IMG/VR virus record: IMGVR_UViG_3300031718_000177
Reading direction: 5' to 3' (one strand)
DNA from: a virus
Lineage: Duplodnaviria; Heunggongvirae; Uroviricota; Caudoviricetes
Length of the DNA stretch: 64,000 bases
Made by a program: the position numbers and the translations under genes. Below, piece by piece: positions 1-9,115 of this stretch (position 1 is the first letter of the stretch; every line of letters starts with the position of its first letter). Under the pieces are notes generated by a model. It was given only the letters and a program-made list of their open reading frames with translations. It searched no databases and was not told the origin of the DNA.

Positions 1-5
1 TACTG

Positions 6-239
6 ATGAATAGAGACCATGTTTTAGCAAGAGCAAACGGAGGAAGAAATCACAAAAATAATTATATTACAACATGCCTTTTGTGTAACAACTTGAAAGC
101 GGATGCCGATATTACCTACAGCCAACTATCAGGACTAAGACAAATATACAACAAACACAAGGGCAAAATGCCTCAAAAGGAATTCACCGCTATGATTAAA
201 GAAACTAGGAGTAAGATGGAAAAGGAAAATAAGTTATGA
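6..239 (+). CDS. HNH endonuclease, probably 5'-truncated by the window edge
   Basis: RDHVLARANGGRNHKNNYITTCLLCNNLK matches the HNH pattern; the frame is open to the window edge (LMNRDH, compare LILMTKDH in paralog 22858..23616). Confidence 0.75.
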   Translation: MNRDHVLARANGGRNHKNNYITTCLLCNNLKADADITYSQLSGLRQIYNKHKGKMPQKEFTAMIKETRSKMEKENKL

Positions 240-949
240 GCGGAATACCAATAAAAGTACTGGGTCTTCAGAGAACGGGAACAAATTATATTAGTAAGTT
301 ATTGACAAAAAACTTTCCTCAAATTGAGATAGATGAAAATCACGGCTGGAAACATGGTCCCTATTGTGGATATTTATTCGACGAACCAAGCGTAATAGTA
401 GTATCTAAGAATATTTATGCATGGCTACCTTCCGTGTGGAAATACTGGAAGTTAAATCAGGGTCTAGGCCCTGATTTATCTAACTTATCCTTTGAGGAGT
501 TTGTATTAAGTAGCCCAGTATATCTAGAAGGAAGTATCGATGTCCCTTACTTGATGAGAGCAACTAACATAGTTCAATTCTACCAAAATGCATATTTTCA
601 TTGGCTATCTATACGATTCAGCAAGTCAGACAGGAAAATATGCCTAGTTCGCTACGAGGATATTCTCACTAACTATGAGCAGACGCTTCAAGATATAGCC
701 ACAACTTTCAAGCTAGAAACGCCAAAGAATGAAAATATCAATCACGAAATATTATGGAACGGAAGTTTAGATTCCGAAAACGAGAAAAGACCCTTCACTA
801 ATCGTGACTACTATCTAAATAAGGATTATATGGAAATGTACAGCGATGCTCTTATCAGGTTTATCCACAAGGAATGGGATGAAAATGTAATGTCGCAGTT
901 GGGGTACAGGTTGGAGAAGAGTAAAATCTTCGAGGAATACATCTTTTAG
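236..949 (+). CDS. Sulfotransferase domain protein
   Basis: 5'-PSB-like loop GLQRTGTNY, WKHG, VSKNIYAWLPS and VRYEDIL motifs. Confidence 0.75.
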   Translation: MSGIPIKVLGLQRTGTNYISKLLTKNFPQIEIDENHGWKHGPYCGYLFDEPSVIVVSKNIYAWLPSVWKYWKLNQGLGPDLSNLSFEEFVLSSPVYLEGSIDVPYLMRATNIVQFYQNAYFHWLSIRFSKSDRKICLVRYEDILTNYEQTLQDIATTFKLETPKNENINHEILWNGSLDSENEKRPFTNRDYYLNKDYMEMYSDALIRFIHKEWDENVMSQLGYRLEKSKIFEEYIF

Positions 950-1683
950 TGCTATTTGAGAAACCGTCTATTTGTCCTTGTTGGATACTAAGTCATCCAC
1001 GCTCCGGTTCTCTTCTTTTGTGTAATCTATTAAATAATACCAATTTATTTAGACCTAAGTTTCAGGAATGGTTTGCAATAGATACAACCCATCCACAAGG
1101 CTATTGGCCGGCTCTTCAGAATATACCATGTGAAGATAGATATTCCCGTGTTATGCAAGAGGAGTTCCCTCCATACTGCAAAATACATAAGTGGCAATAC
1201 GATCAATTTTTTACCAATAGACAGAAACCCAAAATTGAACAAAAACTTCCTGGCATCAAATATATCCAGTTAAAAAGGCGAGACCATATCGCTTGTGCTG
1301 TATCAATGTATTTGGCTCATATCACAGGTATCTGCCATTCAGATAATCTTACTCACTATCAGATGATCGTACCCGAAGTACCAATAGATGATAAAATGTT
1401 GCTTAAATGCTACGAAATAGCTATCAACTATTATAGCCATTGGGACGAATATCTAGGGAACAGTAAGGTATTAGTTATACACTACGAAGAGTTCTGCCAA
1501 AATCCCGCTAGTACACTAGTTGATGTAATCAACTATTTGGATATACCTTGCAATGTAGTTGCCTTGGCAGAAAATAGTGTTAAGCAAAATAAGCTAGTTA
1601 AATTAGCCAACAAACAAACAGAAGAATTGAAAGATAGATTAAGAATATTGATTAGTACATCATCGGATATGTTGGATGCATAG
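949..1683 (+). CDS. Stf0-like sulfotransferase
   Basis: SHPRSGSLLLCNLL PAPS loop, LKRRDHIACAVSMYLA, IHYEEF; GTG start overlaps the upstream stop. Confidence 0.8.
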   Translation: MLFEKPSICPCWILSHPRSGSLLLCNLLNNTNLFRPKFQEWFAIDTTHPQGYWPALQNIPCEDRYSRVMQEEFPPYCKIHKWQYDQFFTNRQKPKIEQKLPGIKYIQLKRRDHIACAVSMYLAHITGICHSDNLTHYQMIVPEVPIDDKMLLKCYEIAINYYSHWDEYLGNSKVLVIHYEEFCQNPASTLVDVINYLDIPCNVVALAENSVKQNKLVKLANKQTEELKDRLRILISTSSDMLDA

Positions 1684-2404
1684 ATTCTCCCAACTCATTA
1701 TAGATGTCTTGTAATTTGGATAAATAAGGGAATACCCAAGAATGTGCCATTTTTTTACACTCATTGTTAAGCAATTTTTGACATTGAGAATATAATAAAT
1801 GTAAAGTACCATCATCACGATGTTCTTTAAGTGTGGTAGTAGAACCAATATTTTTATTCACCGCACTCAAAGTGGCTTGTATCTGCTTTATAGGCAAACG
1901 AGGTATTTTATTTAATTCATAATCATAGTGATAAAACAATACAGATGCCGCACTATGACTAAGTAATGGTATATGTACCGAAAGAGGATGAGCGTGCCTT
2001 GGATTGATGGCATAATTATCCGTAGAGCAATAAATATAATAATTTTTATCACCCCAAGGATGATAACTTTCCCACCTAATCCCGTAGAATTGGTCGATAT
2101 CTTCAATGCTCTCTAACGTGGTTACTAAGTTAGGGCTCAACCAATCATCATCATCAATCGGAATTATTAAACAATTAGTGTTGTAAAGGTCTGATACATT
2201 TTTAATGATACTGGCATTGCTAACATTTTGGAGACTTTCCTGGGCTAATAATTGTAATTTATGCCTGAATATATTATGCGGCATTGTGAAAGTTTTATTC
2301 CAAATGGAAATAACTTTATCGACACCGTTGTTATAGTTTTCGGGACGAAACGTCAGCCAATTTATATCTGTCCTGAGATAAATGTAGTACCTAAACGGCC
2401 CCAT
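1652..2404 (-). CDS. Putative GT-A fold glycosyltransferase-like protein
   Basis: IIPIDDDDWL acidic motif resembles the DxD motif of the GT2 genes in this window. Confidence 0.4.
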   Translation of the reverse strand: MGPFRYYIYLRTDINWLTFRPENYNNGVDKVISIWNKTFTMPHNIFRHKLQLLAQESLQNVSNASIIKNVSDLYNTNCLIIPIDDDDWLSPNLVTTLESIEDIDQFYGIRWESYHPWGDKNYYIYCSTDNYAINPRHAHPLSVHIPLLSHSAASVLFYHYDYELNKIPRLPIKQIQATLSAVNKNIGSTTTLKEHRDDGTLHLLYSQCQKLLNNECKKMAHSWVFPYLSKLQDIYNELGESMHPTYPMMY

Positions 2405-2411
2405 ACTATAT

Positions 2412-2537
2412 TTAGTTAGTTGGAGTTAGCTTCCACTGTTTTTTGGATACAGGTTTCTTACATCTGCAACATAGTTTAGGTTGGAATTGATGTCGGGCGC
2501 CACAGTGAGGACATAAAAATGTCTGGATGGATTTCAT
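2412..2537 (-). CDS. Small zinc-ribbon protein (41 aa, not in ORF track)
   Basis: Hand translation MKSIQTFLCPHCGARHQFQPKLCCRCKKPVSKKQWKLTPTN; ATGA overlap with the rfbA stop. Confidence 0.65.
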   Translation of the reverse strand: MKSIQTFLCPHCGARHQFQPKLCCRCKKPVSKKQWKLTPTN

Positions 2538-3394
2538 AATAACCCCAATAAATACTTTCCGTACTGGTTATTTTTCATTGGTTCGGCTAATTTAGCAACT
2601 TGTTCTTTGCCAATAAAGCCCATTCTAAATGCAACTTCCTCCAGACAACCAATCTTAAGACCTTGCCGGTGTTCAATAGTTTGTATAAAGTTAGACGCTT
2701 CCAACATAGCGGTCGGCGTCCCTGTATCAAACCACGCAGTACCGCGACCTAACGTAGCTACTTGTAGACGACCTTGTTCAAGATATAACTTGTTCAAGTC
2801 AGTTATCTCTATTTCACCCCTGGACGAAGGCCGGAGCGTCTTTACCAACTTAAATACATCTTTATCATACATGTACAATCCAGTAACAGCTAAACTGGAT
2901 TTGGGATTAGCGGGTTTTTCTTCGATAGAGATAATCTTATCTCCACGCACTTCCACCACCCCAAATCGTTCTGGATCGGATACATGATGTACGAAGATAT
3001 AGTTAGAGGTAGTGGTACTTCTATTACGTAATGCTCTCGCCAAGTCATGTCCATAGAAAATATTATCGCCAAGAATTAGACATGATGGATTACCATCTAC
3101 GAACTTTTCAGCTATCAAAAACGCCTGAGCAATACCGAGAGGTTCTGGCTGTTCGGCATAAGATATATTGATACCGAACTTAGAGCCATCTCCAAGTAGC
3201 TTCTCAAACAACGCTCTATTTGATGGATGTACGATAATGATTATATCTTTGATACCCGTCAGCATCAAAATAGACAACGGGTAGTATATCATTGGCTTAT
3301 CGTAGATTGGAAGTAGTTGCTTGCTGATGACGAAACTTGCAGGGTAGAGGCGGCGCGATTCGCCGGCGCTTAATATAATGCCTCTTCTATTCAT
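2534..3394 (-). CDS. rfbA: Glucose-1-phosphate thymidylyltransferase RmlA/RfbA
   Basis: GIILSAGESRRLYP, SKQLLPIYDKPMIYYPLS, EKP, RGEIEITD, LGRGTAWFDTGT. Confidence 0.96.
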   Translation of the reverse strand: MNRRGIILSAGESRRLYPASFVISKQLLPIYDKPMIYYPLSILMLTGIKDIIIIVHPSNRALFEKLLGDGSKFGINISYAEQPEPLGIAQAFLIAEKFVDGNPSCLILGDNIFYGHDLARALRNRSTTTSNYIFVHHVSDPERFGVVEVRGDKIISIEEKPANPKSSLAVTGLYMYDKDVFKLVKTLRPSSRGEIEITDLNKLYLEQGRLQVATLGRGTAWFDTGTPTAMLEASNFIQTIEHRQGLKIGCLEEVAFRMGFIGKEQVAKLAEPMKNNQYGKYLLGLL

Positions 3395-3409
3395 TTAATT
3401 TCTCCTTAA

Positions 3410-3631
3410 TTATGGCGTATAATCATTGATGCGAGCAGGAAAACCAATAGTATGCGACGAAGTAGAATGTATCTTTTTACCATGTAGCCCCCAAATCTTC
3501 ATACCTAACAGGTTGTTCACATCTATGATTGGTTCAACATAGTTCTTAGGGAAATCCAATGGAGTAAATAGTTTACTCTTAAAATATTCAATATCCTTCC
3601 TATCTTGAATTTTATCTTCCCAATAGTTCAT
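3410..3631 (-). CDS. Hypothetical protein
   Basis: ORF in a packed minus-strand run. Confidence 0.55.
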   Translation of the reverse strand: MNYWEDKIQDRKDIEYFKSKLFTPLDFPKNYVEPIIDVNNLLGMKIWGLHGKKIHSTSSHTIGFPARINDYTP

Positions 3632-3831
3632 TTCAATTCTTCCTTTTTATGGTCAAAGTAATATAATACTGCAAACCCTATGGTGGTCAGAACTAATACC
3701 GGCCCACAAATCAATAACATTTCGGCAATTGGTCTATATGTTTTATATGCTAAACAACTAACCCCGGTATTAGTCAAAACGCCGCCAATACAAAGTAGCG
3801 TATAACAATATATTAAATAAATGTATCTCAT
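3628..3831 (-). CDS. Small membrane protein
   Basis: Two hydrophobic segments, 4-nt overlaps with neighbours. Confidence 0.6.
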   Translation of the reverse strand: MRYIYLIYCYTLLCIGGVLTNTGVSCLAYKTYRPIAEMLLICGPVLVLTTIGFAVLYYFDHKKEELK

Positions 3832-4241
3832 TCCTCTATATCTAATCCTTCAATAATTAATTTTGCTCTTCGAGTTGTACCATTCATGGGAGCCGTACCT
3901 TCAATAACTACCTCATTGAACTGTAGACTATTGTTTTGCCACGCTTTCCAACATTGGCCCATCGTACCCAAATAAGTAGGTTCTTGGGACTCATTTATTT
4001 GTTTAATTGCGGTGTTGTAATCACAAAAACACCAAGTATGACTGTGATGGTGGATTTCAGCTACTTTGCAACCCAGATGAACATTCCACTCCAATGGAAC
4101 TAGTTCTTTATTATGTTTGAACTTTGCGATTAGCACATTGGTCAACTCTGCGAGTTTCATATATAAAAAATCGTATCGTGCCCTCAATGTTTGTTTTATT
4201 TGAGGAATATAGTAGCAAGTTGCTTCTAAATCGTATTGCAC
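3828..4241 (-). CDS. Hypothetical protein
   Basis: Operon-packed ORF. Confidence 0.6.
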   Translation of the reverse strand: MQYDLEATCYYIPQIKQTLRARYDFLYMKLAELTNVLIAKFKHNKELVPLEWNVHLGCKVAEIHHHSHTWCFCDYNTAIKQINESQEPTYLGTMGQCWKAWQNNSLQFNEVVIEGTAPMNGTTRRAKLIIEGLDIEE

Positions 4242-4244
4242 GTA

Positions 4245-4619
4245 TTATTCCTCTACTAAAATCGCTTTTATATTATGGATTTCTAGAACATTATATTCGT
4301 GCTTACCGCCGTCCAAGCTAGGAACCAGTGTAGATGTACCCGTAGCTAACAATCTATCGCCGACCTTAATACCCAATTCATCGGCTTTTAGAGACGAACC
4401 AATGGCTACAACCCTCACTTGCCCTTGGTTCATGTTCTGTTTGGCGTCTTCGCCGATGTACAAAGACGTCCCAAGAACCTCGTCTGGATTTAGACGTTGA
4501 ACCAGGATACCTGAGCCAAATGGCTTTACATCCTTGATTTTCTTAAAGTTTTTGTTGCCGTGGCAGCAATGTTCGCTACCGCAATCTTCCATAGTTGATA
4601 CTAGTACTTTCTCTTTCAT
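4245..4619 (-). CDS. groES: Co-chaperonin GroES-like protein with a Cys/His-rich N-terminal extension
   Basis: VKPFGSGILVQR..SLYIGEDAK..VRVVAIG..GIKVGDRLL..YNVLEIHNIKAIL; GAGGAGG RBS before the ATG at 4619. Confidence 0.8.
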   Translation of the reverse strand: MKEKVLVSTMEDCGSEHCCHGNKNFKKIKDVKPFGSGILVQRLNPDEVLGTSLYIGEDAKQNMNQGQVRVVAIGSSLKADELGIKVGDRLLATGTSTLVPSLDGGKHEYNVLEIHNIKAILVEE

Positions 4620-4666
4620 GATATAATTCCTCCTCAATTATTATAGCGAACCATAAATATAATGCA

Positions 4667-5326
4667 ATGCTCAATTTCAAGAAATGGCTAGAAGTCCAGA
4701 TGGCTACAAAAGGCGATGTAGGCATTGGCGGTGGTAATGGCACGGACGATAGCGGAGGCGGCAGCGAAGGTAGTGAAGGCGACAACAAATGGATAGAACT
4801 ACTTTATCAAAAAAAGAAACAAATAGATGAATGGATGCTTCAATCTTCAATATTATCTAAACTGAAAGCTCTATTAGCTGAAAAACTATTAGCAACAAGA
4901 CCAGTCGGTCCTCAAAGTCCTATAATACTACCGCGTTCTGGCTATGTATTGCTATACTGGAGATTAGTAATAAACAAAAATATATTAGATGAAATAGGTT
5001 TATTATTTAAGAAATCTGATTTATGGAAACCGTTAGGTATAACGGCAGGAGAACTTTGGTCGTTTGTAGATACCCCGCGAGTACTTCAATTTCTTCTATA
5101 TCAAACAATAGGTCAAATCTTAGACAAGGATTTAATAGAAAAAAGCGTCAACGCTAGATTGTTCGATTACCATCAAGATAACCAACAGAAGATAGCAGAA
5201 ATGCTACCAAATGCGGTATTATCCGACCCAAGATTTAGTTCAGAAGTGGGATGGGGCGGTGATGAAGGATTTAGTATATACGCAAGAGGTACTATTACTT
5301 ACAGATTAAGAAACTCTAGGAAATAG
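4667..5326 (+). CDS. Hypothetical protein with an MLNFKKWLE N-terminus (possible capsid-targeted internal protein)
   Basis: Isolated plus-strand gene, ATAAATA just upstream, N-terminal F-K-K-W-L-E motif. Confidence 0.6.
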   Translation: MLNFKKWLEVQMATKGDVGIGGGNGTDDSGGGSEGSEGDNKWIELLYQKKKQIDEWMLQSSILSKLKALLAEKLLATRPVGPQSPIILPRSGYVLLYWRLVINKNILDEIGLLFKKSDLWKPLGITAGELWSFVDTPRVLQFLLYQTIGQILDKDLIEKSVNARLFDYHQDNQQKIAEMLPNAVLSDPRFSSEVGWGGDEGFSIYARGTITYRLRNSRK

Positions 5327-6760
5327 CGGAGGTATCTTAGCTGGGACACTTAAAAGTGGTACGCCTATACTATTCCAAGTCAAAGGAAAGCCCATACTTG
5401 TGGCAATTTTAGAACAAGTGTCTGGTAGAAATGGGGAGAGAACAACAGTAAGTTCTTTGATAGAGTTCATCAATTCGTAAAGTATTTTCTTGTCTTTAGT
5501 TTCCCAAGGTTTTGTCTCATTCACGAATTCATTACATTTATCTACAAAATCAAAGATAAGGACAAGAGCTTTATCTAACTCGAAGTTCATTACATTCAGA
5601 TTAATAGTTTGTATATCAAATTGACGGGAAAGTCGGTAGTCGTTAGATGTTTCTAACCCTATTTTCGCAGCAAGCGTAGTTGACCTACTTATCAAATTAC
5701 CTAATTTATTAGCGAGTTCTTTATTCAGATGTTCAACTAGCAAATCTTCCGAATAGGTAGCATCGTGAAAAATAGGACGACGCAATAAAGAATATCGCAC
5801 AGCATCAGTACCATATTTATCGATCAACTCAAATGGGTCAATTATGTTGCCATTACTTTTACTAATCTTTTCTCCGTGCTGATTGAGATAGCCGTGAATG
5901 ACGACACGTTTCGGCAATGGATAATCAGCAGCCAATAGCATCGCTGGCCAAACTGCCGTGTGAAACCAATTTATTCCCTTACCAATTAAATGCGTGCCTG
6001 GAAAATATCCAGCACAAGATTCACAATCACTACCCGTCAAATAGCTCAAAAGGGCATCAAACCAGACATAGATAGTTTGCTCGGGAAGGCCGAAACCATC
6101 TATGCCAATCGGAGAAGATATTCCCCAACCCGAATAAGGTCGAGAAACACAAACATCAATCAGAGGCCCGGATTTAATACGTTCTACAACTTCGTTAGCT
6201 CTAAACTTAGGGAAGACACGATATTCTAGGAAGTGGAGCAATTCGTCTCTATATTTATCTATCTTGAAAAAATAGCATTCTTCACTTAGAGTTTTTGGTG
6301 TTGTCTTATGTTCGGGACAACCACCATTTATCAATTCCTTAGATGTAATAAAACTTTCGCATCCTTCGCAATAGAAACCTTTGTAAGTTCCTTTCGTAAT
6401 TTCGCCCTTGTTGTATAATTTACGGAAGATATCCTGAACTACTTGTTTATGAACTGGGTCGGTTGTTCTTATGAACTTGTCGTAGGAAATATTTAGACAC
6501 TTACATAAAGCGATAAATGCCGAGGCGTTGCGGTCTACCAGTTCGCGTACAGGGCAATGTTCTTGTAGGGCGGTACTATAGTTCTTTTGTGCATTCTCAT
6601 CGGTGCCAGTTAGAAAACGCACATCGTAGCCGCGCAATCTGTGCCATCTAGCAACCACGTCGGCAACAACCTTCTCAAACGCATGTCCTATATGTGGACG
6701 TGCATTCACATAATCCATTGCCGTTGTAATGTAGTACTTGTTGTCGTACTCAGTGTCCAT
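5306..6760 (-). CDS. metG: Methionyl-tRNA synthetase (short form, no C-terminal Trbp domain)
   Basis: YYITTAMDYVNARPHIGH, FLTGTDE, FIRTTD, Zn knuckle CEGC..CPEH, YVWFDAL, IGKGINWFH, KISKS, DAVRYSLL, NKLGNLISR. Confidence 0.95.
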   Translation of the reverse strand: MDTEYDNKYYITTAMDYVNARPHIGHAFEKVVADVVARWHRLRGYDVRFLTGTDENAQKNYSTALQEHCPVRELVDRNASAFIALCKCLNISYDKFIRTTDPVHKQVVQDIFRKLYNKGEITKGTYKGFYCEGCESFITSKELINGGCPEHKTTPKTLSEECYFFKIDKYRDELLHFLEYRVFPKFRANEVVERIKSGPLIDVCVSRPYSGWGISSPIGIDGFGLPEQTIYVWFDALLSYLTGSDCESCAGYFPGTHLIGKGINWFHTAVWPAMLLAADYPLPKRVVIHGYLNQHGEKISKSNGNIIDPFELIDKYGTDAVRYSLLRRPIFHDATYSEDLLVEHLNKELANKLGNLISRSTTLAAKIGLETSNDYRLSRQFDIQTINLNVMNFELDKALVLIFDFVDKCNEFVNETKPWETKDKKILYELMNSIKELTVVLSPFLPDTCSKIATSMGFPLTWNSIGVPLLSVPAKIPPLFPRVS

Positions 6761-6911
6761 GTTGGTCGTCGGTTGGAAGACGCTTGACAATCCTAACGTT
6801 TTGGCCAAACAACAATCCCCGCCAGTTGAAGACGCCTATTATTATAGCCGCAATGATCCAAGAGCCGAAAACAAAGTACCAGCCGGGGTTTTCGTTGAAG
6901 TATTGAATCAT
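6750..6911 (-). CDS. Small membrane protein
   Basis: MIQYFNENPGWYFVFGSWIIAAIIIGVFNW has one TM helix; the start lies downstream of the terminator at 6932-6969. Confidence 0.5.
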   Translation of the reverse strand: MIQYFNENPGWYFVFGSWIIAAIIIGVFNWRGLLFGQNVRIVKRLPTDDQHGH

Positions 6912-6931
6912 TGGCGGTTCTCTTTTTCTCA

Positions 6932-6969
6932 CAAAGAAACAAACCCATCCTAGTTTCCTAAGATGGGCT
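6932..6969 (-). terminator. Rho-independent terminator
   Basis: AGCCCATCTTAG-GAAA-CTAGGATGGGTT hairpin followed by TGTTTCTTT. Confidence 0.75.
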
Positions 6970-6999
6970 TGTTCGCGGGCGTTGCCAACGTGCGAGACA

Positions 7000-7422
7000 T
7001 TAAAGCATATGCTCAACTAAGCTCTCTGACGCAGGTTCTTCCACTAACTTGCATTCAATTTTATTCACGTCATTAAGTTTGGCCCAGAAACGAAGAACCT
7101 TCTTATTTTTCAATGGACTATCTTTAGTAAGAAAGAAGCTAATCGAATCAAAATCCTTTGCCCCCTTACGGACATAAAGACGATCTACGGTAAGCACAGA
7201 ACCTTTAGGTATAGTTATTTCGCGGGGTTTGTATTTATAGCGACGAACCCAAGCTCCCCCAACCCAATCTCCAGCGTATGCATGAGAATAAGTACCTATA
7301 TCCTCATCGTCAGGGAACAAATAGCTCCACAAAGCAGCATTACGTTTTTCGTCATGAAGATGAAAAGTCCACGCCTTCGTTAAACAAATCTTATCGCCAA
7401 TCGCCGGAATGAACAACTTCAT
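7000..7422 (-). CDS. Conserved-looking phage hypothetical protein
   Basis: MKLFIPAIGDKICLTKAWTF..LTVDRLYVRKGAKDFDSISF. Confidence 0.65.
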   Translation of the reverse strand: MKLFIPAIGDKICLTKAWTFHLHDEKRNAALWSYLFPDDEDIGTYSHAYAGDWVGGAWVRRYKYKPREITIPKGSVLTVDRLYVRKGAKDFDSISFFLTKDSPLKNKKVLRFWAKLNDVNKIECKLVEEPASESLVEHML

Positions 7423-7433
7423 CCCAATCTCCC

Positions 7434-7619
7434 TTAAAGAGAGAGGTTCTTAACGATGATGAAATAAGCTAACGGGCCAAGAAACGGAAACACCGTGATA
7501 ATTACTGCCCATATAACCTTGTTAAGAAGTTGCAACCCTTGATTTGTAATACAATCAATGAACATAAATATCCAGAATATAACTGCTAAAACACCAATAA
7601 TACTCATTCCAGTAAACAT
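7434..7619 (-). CDS. PLDc N-terminal domain membrane protein
   Basis: FWIFMFIDC..KVIWAVIITVFPFLGPLAYF pattern. Confidence 0.8.
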   Translation of the reverse strand: MFTGMSIIGVLAVIFWIFMFIDCITNQGLQLLNKVIWAVIITVFPFLGPLAYFIIVKNLSL

Positions 7620-7633
7620 AAATATACCTTTCT

Positions 7634-8125
7634 TTACTTATGTAAAACCATCCTAACCATATCACGTATGCTCTTAGGTATATCTACAGGACGTACCATA
7701 GCACGGATATCTAACTCAAACTTCCCTGTATTGTCGCCGTCCTCTACAAGGTTCAACGCCGATTCAATCGTAACAACCGTTCCGTTATTATGGTCTATAC
7801 AAGACCATCGTAGAGGCTCGTCAAACTTGGTCTTAACTATATCAGCAAGGATATAATCCCACCAACCTAATGCATCTAACTGAAACTTATGTCCACTAAT
7901 CATATCTTGGATAATTATATCCTGTCCGGCACTAACTATTTTAACTTTAGTATGACCAGACTTAGAAACTAATTCAAGTCCGCCCGATGGTAATTGAGGT
8001 AGATTCTTTAATTTCTTTTCTGCCGCTAATTTCTCTTGATTTGCTGTATATGTAACGGCTTCTTTTAAGGCTTCTGCGATAGATTTAATTACTGCTTGGT
8101 CGGCTGGCATGCGTATAAACTCCAA
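7634..8125 (-). CDS. Hypothetical protein
   Basis: Operon-packed ORF. Confidence 0.6.
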   Translation of the reverse strand: MEFIRMPADQAVIKSIAEALKEAVTYTANQEKLAAEKKLKNLPQLPSGGLELVSKSGHTKVKIVSAGQDIIIQDMISGHKFQLDALGWWDYILADIVKTKFDEPLRWSCIDHNNGTVVTIESALNLVEDGDNTGKFELDIRAMVRPVDIPKSIRDMVRMVLHK

Positions 8126-8187
8126 TTTTCACTAAAAACACAAGTATCTAACTTTATTCTGTCATTGTATCAGAAATTAAGGGGAAG

Positions 8188-8613
8188 TCAATTCTTCTTC
8201 TTATGGGAACAGAACCAAGAATCAAGCGACATACCCCCCGACCCCACACACACAAGAAAAATGCAGCAACATAACATCGTGAAGTCGAGTCGGGCCTCAT
8301 GGGCTGCTTTCCAAAATCCTGCTTGCATAAGCATCGGCAACTTAGTCGTCAAAATCGCAACGACCATGTTGATAATCATAGGGATTGCCGCCAGTCGGGT
8401 AAGCAAGCCAAAAATCAATAGTGTTCCACATAAGATTTCGAAAGATCCGTCGAATATCGCAAGAAACTCTGGCATAGGTAAGCCAATTTTTGCGAATCGT
8501 CCTGCACCCAGATTTACAGGGTCTACAAACTTCAATAAACCCTCAAGGAGGAATACACCACCTGTAACTACTCTAACTAACGCCACCCCGCCACATTGTG
8601 AAAACTTCATCAT
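8188..8613 (-). CDS. DoxX family membrane protein
   Basis: LVRVVTGGVFLLEGLLKF..EILCGTLLIFGLLTRLAA..GSGGMSLD. Confidence 0.9.
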   Translation of the reverse strand: MMKFSQCGGVALVRVVTGGVFLLEGLLKFVDPVNLGAGRFAKIGLPMPEFLAIFDGSFEILCGTLLIFGLLTRLAAIPMIINMVVAILTTKLPMLMQAGFWKAAHEARLDFTMLCCCIFLVCVGSGGMSLDSWFCSHKKKN

Positions 8614-8629
8614 TCGGTCTCCCTAGATG

Positions 8630-8908
8630 TCAATCTTTTTCTTCTGAAACTCCAATATTGCCATTGAGATAAGCCCGCAAATAAACGACGCCAAAAGCCG
8701 GTATCCAGCCAAGAAGGAATGGTATAACCACAGCAAGAGTACATGACCACGATGGATACCCACGAATTGTATTCCACTTATACCATTCTTCGGGATCAAT
8801 GAAGAATGTCATCATAAATAACCAAGTAAAATACCACGTTGTTCCCAAGCTGGTAAAAAGTAAAATAAACCACAATATATGGAAGAAAAGTTCTTTAAGT
8901 GGCTTCAT
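8630..8908 (-). CDS. Membrane protein
   Basis: Two TM segments. Confidence 0.6.
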   Translation of the reverse strand: MKPLKELFFHILWFILLFTSLGTTWYFTWLFMMTFFIDPEEWYKWNTIRGYPSWSCTLAVVIPFLLGWIPAFGVVYLRAYLNGNIGVSEEKD

Positions 8909-9114
8909 TTATCATTTCTCAGCTTTCGCAAATAGGCAAGGCATACCTCCGCTTCTGATAAAGTTAAATAAGCACCATCGACAAGAGATAAATGAGGCTC
9001 CATATCGGTATGGTACGACAGAAAAGCAATAAGTTTAGGTCTCTTGTTTGTAGGGATTCGCCGGTATACCAGCATAGAACAAGGAGCGTGTTTATTTTCC
9101 TTAAAGGTTATCAT
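8905..9114 (-). CDS. Hypothetical protein
   Basis: Overlapping operon ORF. Confidence 0.55.
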   Translation of the reverse strand: MITFKENKHAPCSMLVYRRIPTNKRPKLIAFLSYHTDMEPHLSLVDGAYLTLSEAEVCLAYLRKLRNDK

Positions 9115-9115
9115 T

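Noticed and set aside
8096-8626. 176-aa plus-strand ORF
   Set aside because: Antisense shadow of DoxX.
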